Shown here in pieces: positions 47,646 through 55,270 of a DNA stretch of 64,000 nucleotides. A program made the position numbers and the translations under genes. The DNA lies in assembly GCA_029547025.1 (NCBI GenBank), contig JAKPQA010000226.1:26586-90585 (forward strand). Reading direction: 5' to 3'. Below the pieces are notes generated by a model that had not been told where the DNA came from, did not search any database, and was given only the letters and a program-made list of their open reading frames with translations. Numbering within the stretch: position 1 is the stretch's first letter; each line of letters begins with the position of its first letter. This DNA comes from Armatimonadota bacterium. Lineage in GTDB: Bacteria > Armatimonadota > Zipacnadia > UBA1398 > JAKPQA01.

Positions 47646-48518
47646 CTAGCGTGCCGTCGCCGACGGAGTACCCTCGGGTTCGGCGCCAGCAGCTCCCGGG
47701 CGACCCACCAGTTCGGCCCGGACGTCCCGAAGCTCGACTGCTTTGAACAGGCGCTCGCCCCGCGCGGGTGCGAGCCGTGCCCCGATGGTCCCCGAAGCCT
47801 GCCGGATCTCGCCAGTGTCCGCGAAGACCTCCACCACAAGCTCGGGTGCGACCACACCCTCGATGTCACGGCCGCCCATTCGGCCCTGAACCGGCACTTG
47901 GGCCATCGAGTGGATCGCCAGCACGGTGCGGTCATCGATGCGCGCCTCGCCCAGACACTCGTTGCGCGTCAGCAGTCGTATGGCGTTGCCGCGGGCATCC
48001 ACACTCGCGATGTCACCCGACCACGTGCTCCCGGCCTTGAGCCCCTTGTTGGGGAAGTCCACCAGCGTCGACAGGTGGATCAGTATGGTCCGTAAGTCGA
48101 GCTCGTCTCGCTTCGCGGCGAGTCTCGGGTCGACGACCACCTCACGGATGCAGTGGTCCCGCCCCACTTTGACGACCAGGGTCTCACCGACGCAGTCTAG
48201 CCCCGTGCGACTCCCCAGGACCTCGTAGAAGCCCGAGCGAACATGCAGGCCCAATGTGGCCGTCTCCGCGTCGATGCCCAGCACCGCCACACGGAAATCT
48301 GCCTCGGCTCTCAGAGCGAAGTCGTTCAGTTCGTTGTAGACCAACGAGCCGGCCAACGACAGGTGGAAATCCTGGACGTGGCCAACGATGGGCCGGTAGA
48401 CGAGTCGTACGCGCTGGGCGGTGCGCTCCACCTCGGGGAGGTCCGACTGCGCCACTGAAGCGCGTCCCGGCCACAGTGTACAAAGGAGCGCGCCGAACGC
48501 CAGCCATCGGGCCGCCAT
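47646..48518 (-). CDS. Exported beta-rich hypothetical protein (DUF6263-like)
   Basis: Signal peptide from ATG 48518; RVRLVYRP..G start and FPNKGLKAGSTW motif; family call tentative. Confidence 0.65.
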   Translation of the reverse strand: MAARWLAFGALLCTLWPGRASVAQSDLPEVERTAQRVRLVYRPIVGHVQDFHLSLAGSLVYNELNDFALRAEADFRVAVLGIDAETATLGLHVRSGFYEVLGSRTGLDCVGETLVVKVGRDHCIREVVVDPRLAAKRDELDLRTILIHLSTLVDFPNKGLKAGSTWSGDIASVDARGNAIRLLTRNECLGEARIDDRTVLAIHSMAQVPVQGRMGGRDIEGVVAPELVVEVFADTGEIRQASGTIGARLAPARGERLFKAVELRDVRAELVGRPGAAGAEPEGTPSATAR

Positions 48519-48589
48519 ACCACCACCCCCACCCCAGTCATGCCACAGCCTGTCATCCTTCCCCAACCCAGACCAGTGGAATGTAGTTC

Positions 48590-50143
48590 CTATGCGCCCT
48601 CGGTCGCATCGCTCCCCGGCCTGCCGGACTCGAACCACCCCGCCAGCGCATTGAGCCCGAGCCCGACGACGAACGCGACCACGTTTCCGATCACCGCAAA
48701 CAGCAGGAAGTTGACCACCTTGAAGTAGCTCACCCAGAACAGGCACAGCCCCCCCGCGATGAACCCGGTGATGGCAGCCCACGGTCGCACTCGGATCCTC
48801 ATCAGAGCCAGGACCATCAAGGCCAGAACGCCGTTAGTTGAGTAGGCCATGATCTGATTCCACACAGGCTGAGCTTCTTTGATGTCCTTGAGCAGAACCG
48901 CTGTGGCCGTGGCCAGGACGCCCCAGGCCACGGTGAGCCAGCGGGCCACGGTTAAGTAGTGCGGGTCGCTCCTGCGCCGCTTGCCGAACCGCTTGTAGAA
49001 GTCCTCTACGCACACCGTGGCTGCCGAGTTGAGGCTACCGGAGACGGTGGACTGGGCCGCCGCGAATATGGCGGCGATGACCAGGCCCGCCACACCCATG
49101 GGAAGCCGGCTCACCGCGAAGTACGGGTAGACCGCGTCCCACTTACCCTCTCGGGCCAGAGCGAAGACGTTCGGGTCCGGGTTACGGAAGTAGAAGACGA
49201 ACAGGGCCGTGCCCATGAAGTAGAACAGGTAGGCCAGAGGGATGTACCCGAGGATGGCGATCCATACGCTCCGGTTGGCCTTGGCCGTCGACGATGTCGC
49301 CATATACCGCTGAGTCATGTCCTGCTGCGTTCCGAAGATGCGGATCGTTTGGACCAGTGTTTCGAGGATGAACCACAGCGTGACGGGCTTCCTCAAACTC
49401 AGCTCCAGGTCGAGCATCTGGAACTTGCCATGCTCAGCGGCGATCTGCAGGAAGCCGCCTCCAGGAGAGCCCGAGTGGGCGAACAACGCATAGCCCAGAC
49501 TGAACAGGGCGCCAGCGACGAGAACGAACACCTGAACCGCGTCGGTCCAGATCACGGCCTCGGTGCCGCCCAGGGTCGTGTAGATGATGACCACCAACCC
49601 CATGGTGAGGATGGTGGCCGTCAAGTCGAACCCCGTCACCTTGGCCAGTGCCAGAGACGGCAGGTAGATGGTGATGCCCAGACGTCCCACGGTGAGGAGC
49701 AGGAAGCACGACGACGCCAGGATCCGGCACGCCACGTGGATTCGGCGCTCCAGCAGTTCATAGACGCTAATGACGCCCGCCTCGCGATAGCGCGGCAGGA
49801 TCCACCGGGTGATGACGATCGCCGTGACGACCAGGAACGGGAGCTGGATCGTGTAGAGCCAGTTCCACTCCTGGTCCAAGTCGGGCTTGAAGTAGCGATC
49901 TTTGAAGCTGATGCCCGACAGCGCCATCATGGTCATGGCCGAGAGATACGTGCCGAGCAGCGAGAGGCCCACCAGCAGCGACCCCAGCCGCCCCTCGGCG
50001 ATGAAGAACCCTCGCGACGTCTTCACACCCCGACCGATATGGCCTCCGAAGACGAGGACGGCCACCAGGTAGGCGATTACCACAGCCCAGTCGGCGGTCT
50101 CGAACCTTGGAGCGACGAACTGCGGAATCTCAGTGGCGGGCAT
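48590..50143 (-). CDS. Sodium:solute symporter (SSS) family transporter
   Basis: FFIAEGRL, GLSLLGTYLSA, SVYELLERR, YTTLGGTEAVIWTDAVQ, QRY, AAIFAAAQST..LNS. Confidence 0.93.
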   Translation of the reverse strand: MPATEIPQFVAPRFETADWAVVIAYLVAVLVFGGHIGRGVKTSRGFFIAEGRLGSLLVGLSLLGTYLSAMTMMALSGISFKDRYFKPDLDQEWNWLYTIQLPFLVVTAIVITRWILPRYREAGVISVYELLERRIHVACRILASSCFLLLTVGRLGITIYLPSLALAKVTGFDLTATILTMGLVVIIYTTLGGTEAVIWTDAVQVFVLVAGALFSLGYALFAHSGSPGGGFLQIAAEHGKFQMLDLELSLRKPVTLWFILETLVQTIRIFGTQQDMTQRYMATSSTAKANRSVWIAILGYIPLAYLFYFMGTALFVFYFRNPDPNVFALAREGKWDAVYPYFAVSRLPMGVAGLVIAAIFAAAQSTVSGSLNSAATVCVEDFYKRFGKRRRSDPHYLTVARWLTVAWGVLATATAVLLKDIKEAQPVWNQIMAYSTNGVLALMVLALMRIRVRPWAAITGFIAGGLCLFWVSYFKVVNFLLFAVIGNVVAFVVGLGLNALAGWFESGRPGSDATEGA

Positions 50144-50298
50144 CCGGGTCCTCCCGTTCGCGCCCTGGGCGCGTCGCGGCCGCTGTTCCGGGGCAGCCGA
50201 CTTGGCCCCTCCCCGTTCCAGACACACAAGCCTGCAGAAGCACTCGCCGCCACCGCCCATCGTCGGCCATCTGCCTTGAGCGCTGGGCGGGTGCCATA

Positions 50299-50304
50299 TA
50301 AGGT
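50299..50304 (+). promoter_or_regulatory. Possible -10 box (TAAGGT, TANNNT) of a leaderless transcript
   Basis: Lies 6 nt before ATG 50311 in an AT-rich patch (CATATAAGGT); no SD visible. Confidence 0.35.
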
Positions 50305-50310
50305 AGCGGC

Positions 50311-51204
50311 ATGGAACCGGCCGGCCATATCATCTCGGTGTCACGGCGGACGGACGTCCCTGCGCATTACGCCGAGTGGTTTCTTGCGCGGGTGCGGCAG
50401 GGCTTCTGCGAGTACGTCCATCCTTTCTCCCGAAAGCGTTTTCGGGTTAGCCTGCGCCCGGCCGACGTCCTTGGCATCGTTTTCTGGTCGCGCGACTACC
50501 GGCCGATGCTGCCTCACCTGGCCGCACTGCTCGAGCAGTACGTGTTCTACTGCCACCTGACCTTGACCGGTCACGGTCCGGCCCTGGAGCCCAACGCCAT
50601 GCCGCTGGAAACCGCCATCGCAGCCGCTCGCGACGTGGCTCGGCTGATCGGGCCCGAGAAGCTCGTTTGGCGGTTTGACCCGGTCGTGTTCACCCAGTCG
50701 GGTAGTGCGGACGATACGCTCGCGCGCATGAGGCATCTCGCCCACGAACTCGAGGGCGCAACACGCCACTGCGTCATCAGTCACATGTCGCCGTACCGTC
50801 GCCAGGCGCGGGCGTTCGCCGAGCGAGGCCTCACGTGGGACGAGCCTTCGCCCGAGCTCCGGCGCGAGGTTGCGGCCCGGCTCGCCGAAGTGGCCTCGCA
50901 GCATGGCATGACGCTCTCCGTCTGCTGCAATGCCGATGTGGTGGGGCCGGGCGTGTCGGCCGCATCGTGCGTGAGCGCCCACCGGCTGCGTTCACTGGGG
51001 GCGCTGATCCCCGAAGGCTGGCCTCGGGGTCCGAGCCGCGCCTCCTGTGGATGCGACCGCTCGGTGGACATCGGGGCCTACGACACCTGCCCAAGCGGTT
51101 GCGCGTACTGCTATGCGAACCAGGACCACGCCCGCGCCGCAGCCTATCACCGAGCACACGATGCCTCGTGGCCGAGCCTGGTGCCTCCGGCGGAGGGGAC
51201 CTGA
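50311..51204 (+). CDS. DUF1848 family protein (radical-SAM-like, C-terminal Cys triad)
   Basis: IISVSRRTDVPAHYAEWF, IVFWS, LVWRFDP, DIGAYDTCPSGCAYCYAN. Confidence 0.9.
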   Translation: MEPAGHIISVSRRTDVPAHYAEWFLARVRQGFCEYVHPFSRKRFRVSLRPADVLGIVFWSRDYRPMLPHLAALLEQYVFYCHLTLTGHGPALEPNAMPLETAIAAARDVARLIGPEKLVWRFDPVVFTQSGSADDTLARMRHLAHELEGATRHCVISHMSPYRRQARAFAERGLTWDEPSPELRREVAARLAEVASQHGMTLSVCCNADVVGPGVSAASCVSAHRLRSLGALIPEGWPRGPSRASCGCDRSVDIGAYDTCPSGCAYCYANQDHARAAAYHRAHDASWPSLVPPAEGT

Positions 51205-51207
51205 GCG

Positions 51208-52005
51208 ATGGCGGTCCCGCAGATCGAGTTCGCGGGCCTCGTCGTCTCGCGCCTGATGGTGGGCGGGAACCCCTTCAGCGGGAACTCACATCAGCCGGGC
51301 AGTGCAAGCCGGGAGATGCGCGACTACTTCACGACGGCGCGGATCATTGAGGTCCTCGCTCGTTGTGAATCATTGGGCATCACGACCTTCGTGGGCCGTG
51401 CCGATGCCCACATCATCCGAGTGTTGCATGAGTACTGGAATGCGGGCGGCCGGGTCGCCTGGATTGCGCAGACGGCGCCGGAGATGCGCTCGGTCGATGA
51501 GAACATCCGGCGGGCCGTTGGCGAGGGGGCCCGAGCCGTCTACATTCATGGGGGCTGGTTCGACGAGCGCTGGGAAGCGGGTGACCTGGCTGATGTCGAC
51601 CGGGCGCTGGCGACCATTCACGGCCTGAGCGTCCCGGCCGGTATCGGGGGACACATCCCCGAGTACCACCTCGCCGCCGTGGGCCAGCTCGCTGCCGACT
51701 TCCACATGGTCAGCTGCTACCGCTGCGGCAGCATCCATGCTGCGAAGGGTGAGACATTCGATCCCGCCGACTTCGCCCCCGCTCTGGCGGCCATGGGCCA
51801 GCTGCCGCGGCCCTGCATCGCCTTCAAGCTTCTGGGCGCCGGGCGCTTCGACCCGGCCGTGCAGATCCCAGCCGCGCTGCGGGCGATCAAACCCACCGAC
51901 GCCATCCTCGTCGGCTTCTACCCCAAGCACCAGCCGCGGCAGGTGGAGGACGTGGTGGCACTGGTGCAGCGCGGAGTCGCGGTCCCGGGCGTCGAGCCGT
52001 CGTGA
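51208..52005 (+). CDS. Aldo/keto-reductase-like TIM-barrel protein
   Basis: VSRLMVGGNPFSG, YIHG, GIGGH, AFKLLGAGR; short for an AKR. Confidence 0.65.
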   Translation: MAVPQIEFAGLVVSRLMVGGNPFSGNSHQPGSASREMRDYFTTARIIEVLARCESLGITTFVGRADAHIIRVLHEYWNAGGRVAWIAQTAPEMRSVDENIRRAVGEGARAVYIHGGWFDERWEAGDLADVDRALATIHGLSVPAGIGGHIPEYHLAAVGQLAADFHMVSCYRCGSIHAAKGETFDPADFAPALAAMGQLPRPCIAFKLLGAGRFDPAVQIPAALRAIKPTDAILVGFYPKHQPRQVEDVVALVQRGVAVPGVEPS

Positions 52006-53240
52006 CCGGGCTTGCCGTCGAGAGACAGCGGCGGCGCAACTTCGCCCTCCATGTGTGGGAGGGCGCCATCTACTTCGCCGGCGTCGAGTTCGCGAGTGCC
52101 ACATCGATCATTCCGGTGCTCCTCGAGCGCCTCGGTGCCTCCCGCGCGATCATCGGCCTCGCCGCGAGCTTCACCTATGTTGGCACGGCTGCTCAGATCC
52201 TGGGCGTGCCTGCGATGGAGGCGATACCCCGTCGCAAGCGCGTGCTGGTCCGCCTGGGTCTCTTCATGCGGTTGCCCTACGCCGTGATGGCTGTGGCCGT
52301 AGTGCTGCTCGCCACCCGAGCCCCGAGGGCCTGCATCGCCACGGTGCTATGGCTGACTCTAGTCACCAGCCTCGCCGGGGGCCTGACCACCCCGGCCTGG
52401 CTGGACCTTATCCGCAGCACCATCCCCCGAGCCCGGCTGTCATCGCTGTTCGGTCTCCGGCACGCATTGGGGGGCGCGCTCATCGCCGGCACGGGGGCCA
52501 CTGCGACGCTGGTTCTCACCACGCTGGCGTTTCCCGCGAGCTTTGCGGTCCTCTTGGGCTTGGCCTGCGCGGTGACTATGATCTCCTGGGCCCTGTTCGC
52601 AAACGTTCTCGACTCGCCACCTCACCGGCCCAGCCGCACTCGTCCCGGATTCAGGGCTCATATGCTTCAGCTCGTGGCTGACGTGCGTGGCGATGTCGTT
52701 TTCCTCAGACTGCTTCTCGCTCGGTGCCTCTACCTGGTGGGACGGGCGGGCGAGGCTTTCTACACCGTCTGTGCCCTCGAGCGGTTCCACAGTCGGGACG
52801 CCGCGGCGGGCACCTTCATGCTGACCATGGCCCTGGCCCGCTGCGCGAGTGCTCTGTTGTTCTCGAAGCTGACCGATCACATCGGACGACGCGCGACCGC
52901 CGCGCTCTCGTCGGTGCTGGGCGCGGCAGCGGGCATCCTGGCCATCGTGGCGCCCAACGAGAGCGCCTTCCTCGGGGTCTTCGCGCTGGCCGGGGTCTGC
53001 TTCAGCACGGGGCAGATCGCCGGGACGTCGCTCATCATGCAGCTCGCTCCCCGCGAGGGGAGCGTGGGCTTCTTCAGCATGCTTCTGATGGGCCAGATCC
53101 CTGTGATGATTGCGGCCCAGATTGGAGGAGGGTTCCTGGTGGACCATGCCGGCTTCCCGGCCCTTTTCTCGAGCACGGCCGTCGCGGGGCTCCTCGGGGC
53201 CGTCGCGTATGCGGCACTCCCATCCAGGGAGGACGCATAG
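52002..53240 (+). CDS. MFS transporter
   Basis: 12 TMs in two halves; LTDHIGRR loop motif; GTGA overlap with the upstream gene. Confidence 0.9.
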   Translation: MTGLAVERQRRRNFALHVWEGAIYFAGVEFASATSIIPVLLERLGASRAIIGLAASFTYVGTAAQILGVPAMEAIPRRKRVLVRLGLFMRLPYAVMAVAVVLLATRAPRACIATVLWLTLVTSLAGGLTTPAWLDLIRSTIPRARLSSLFGLRHALGGALIAGTGATATLVLTTLAFPASFAVLLGLACAVTMISWALFANVLDSPPHRPSRTRPGFRAHMLQLVADVRGDVVFLRLLLARCLYLVGRAGEAFYTVCALERFHSRDAAAGTFMLTMALARCASALLFSKLTDHIGRRATAALSSVLGAAAGILAIVAPNESAFLGVFALAGVCFSTGQIAGTSLIMQLAPREGSVGFFSMLLMGQIPVMIAAQIGGGFLVDHAGFPALFSSTAVAGLLGAVAYAALPSREDA

Positions 53241-53281
53241 CTCTGAGCCGCCGGGTCCCCCACCGCGCCTCGGCCCGCGGT

Positions 53282-54523
53282 CTATTCCCCATCGCCCTGC
53301 GGGCCGACCGACGCCAGCCACGCCCTTGCCCTCCCCGCGTCACTGAGCTCGCCCGCGAGCTGGGCGACGCGGGTCTCGCGCAGGAGGCGTCCGATCTCGG
53401 CTCCCTGGGCGCCTGTGAGGGCGATGACCTCGGCACCCGAGACCAGCGGGGCCTCGGAGAGCCTGGGCGCCACCACGCTTGCCACGGTGTCCGCGAGCGC
53501 GAGGGCGTTCGCGGCTTCAGTGGGCCGCGCGGCGGCACGGAGCACGAGACCCCTGAGTGCCGCCTCGCCATGATCCGCGCAGAGCTCCGCCGCCGACCGA
53601 GCCAGACTGGCCGGGGCCTGCGGGAGGCCACCGTCGGCAACCCGATGGATCGCGCGGATCGACCGCAGGACACGCTCCGAGAGCCGCAGCACTTGGGCGA
53701 CCCGCCGGAGCCCTGCCGGCGACGCGCCGTGGAGGAGTGCGGCCAGCGCCATGGCGTGGTCTACCCGGAGGCCCAGGGGCGCGCTCGCCGCCACACAGCG
53801 TGCGAACCGGACCGCCGCCGCCGAGGCCTCCAGGCCGGCCAACCCCACAATGGGCCCGAGTACGCCCACATCCGCCATCTGGCGCAGCAGCGCGTCAGCC
53901 TGCACGAGACCCAGCACCCGGAGCAGCTCGTCGCGGATCCGCTCTCCGGCGGGCTCGACCGCACGGTGCGCCGCCAGGCGTATGGCGGACAGTGTGTCCG
54001 GCTCGATCTGAAGGCCGAGTTCGCCCCCGAGCCGGAACGCGCGGATCAGCCGCAGTGGGTCGTCGTCGAAAGCCCGCGGCCCTGCCATTCGGAGCACACC
54101 GGCTTCGAGGTCCGGCTGACCGCCCAGGGGATCCAGCAGCGCGTCCGACGCATCCGGCGCCAGCGGCTGGGCCATGGCATTGCAGGTGAAGTCGCGCCGC
54201 GTCAGATCCTCAACGATCGTGTTGCCTCGAAGGCCGCAGACGTCCAGAACCAGGCGCCCCGCGCCATCGGACCCAGGCGCGAACACGATGCGTAGCGTGG
54301 GCGGGGCGTCATGGAGACGTACGCACGGCACGCCGGCCGCGGCAGCGTAAGCGAAAGCGAGCTCGGTTGCCGAGGGCGGGACCACGACGTCTACATCGTC
54401 TGATGCACGGCCGAGCAGCCGATCCCGAACGAAACCCCCCACCAACCAGGCGGCGCAGCCCCGGACCCGGCACAGCTCGATGAAGCGCCAGGCCCGCGGA
54501 TCGAGCTCCGTCGACGGGCCCAA
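53282..54523 (-). CDS. Class II tRNA nucleotidyltransferase, predicted CC-adding type, without HD domain
   Basis: LVGGFVRD..DDVD, EDLTRRDFTCNAM, DPLGGQPDL, DDPLRLIRAFR, GERIRDEL; short flexible loop. Confidence 0.85.
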   Translation of the reverse strand: MGPSTELDPRAWRFIELCRVRGCAAWLVGGFVRDRLLGRASDDVDVVVPPSATELAFAYAAAAGVPCVRLHDAPPTLRIVFAPGSDGAGRLVLDVCGLRGNTIVEDLTRRDFTCNAMAQPLAPDASDALLDPLGGQPDLEAGVLRMAGPRAFDDDPLRLIRAFRLGGELGLQIEPDTLSAIRLAAHRAVEPAGERIRDELLRVLGLVQADALLRQMADVGVLGPIVGLAGLEASAAAVRFARCVAASAPLGLRVDHAMALAALLHGASPAGLRRVAQVLRLSERVLRSIRAIHRVADGGLPQAPASLARSAAELCADHGEAALRGLVLRAAARPTEAANALALADTVASVVAPRLSEAPLVSGAEVIALTGAQGAEIGRLLRETRVAQLAGELSDAGRARAWLASVGPQGDGE

Positions 54524-54529
54524 GCCCCC

Positions 54530-55267
54530 TCACCCCACGGTCTTTCGTGCCACCGCGATCAGCCGGGGGGAATCGAGTGTCGGCGGCAACCCATCGAACC
54601 CGCCATACCACGACTCGGCTTCGAGACCCACCCGGCGAAGCAGCACACCCAGCTCGGTTGGTGTGTACGCTCGGATGCTCGTATCCCTCTCGATTCTCCC
54701 TTCAGCGGTCAGATAGGTGACGTGGGAGCCAATTCGGCCGGCGATGAGGTCGTATTGCCGTGCATCCAGCAGCAGCCCACACGGCACCTCGTGCCAGTCT
54801 CGGGGACGGTAGTTGCGCGCCAGCCAGAACGGGCTCATGGTGTCGAGTAGGAGCGCGGCGCCGGGCTTCAGCGCTCCAGCGATGGCCCGCAGGAACTGCT
54901 CATTCCCGGCCTCATCCATGTAGCCAAAGGCGGTGAACATGTTGATCGCGGCGTCGAACTCGGCGTCGAACCGCATCTCGCGGACGTCCTGGTGGACGTA
55001 GCGCACCACGGGCTCCTGAGCCTGCCCGCGAACGAGACTCGCCGCGGACTGGTCGACACCGACGACGTCGAAGCCGCGCCGGGCGAGTTCCCGGCAGTGC
55101 CGGCCCTCTCCGCAGCAGGCGTCCAGAACCCGCGCGCCGGGCGCCAGCTGCAGGGTCTGGACGATGAAGTCCACCTGCTCGGCCGTCACTTGCGCCGAAG
55201 CGGCCGCGCCCACCCAGTTATCCAGGTACCAGTCGTCGAAGAAGGACCTCCACCAGTCGTCTGCCAT
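54530..55267 (-). CDS. Class I SAM-dependent methyltransferase
   Basis: VLDACCGEGRH, VVGVDQS, QDVREM, FDAAINMFTAFGY, LKPGAALLLD. Confidence 0.92.
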   Translation of the reverse strand: MADDWWRSFFDDWYLDNWVGAAASAQVTAEQVDFIVQTLQLAPGARVLDACCGEGRHCRELARRGFDVVGVDQSAASLVRGQAQEPVVRYVHQDVREMRFDAEFDAAINMFTAFGYMDEAGNEQFLRAIAGALKPGAALLLDTMSPFWLARNYRPRDWHEVPCGLLLDARQYDLIAGRIGSHVTYLTAEGRIERDTSIRAYTPTELGVLLRRVGLEAESWYGGFDGLPPTLDSPRLIAVARKTVG

Positions 55268-55270
55268 CGG

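Noticed and set aside
46759-47649. 296-aa + strand ORF that exactly fills the gap
   Set aside because: No recognisable domain; its 3' half is the antisense shadow of the hemerythrin remnant in the same codon register
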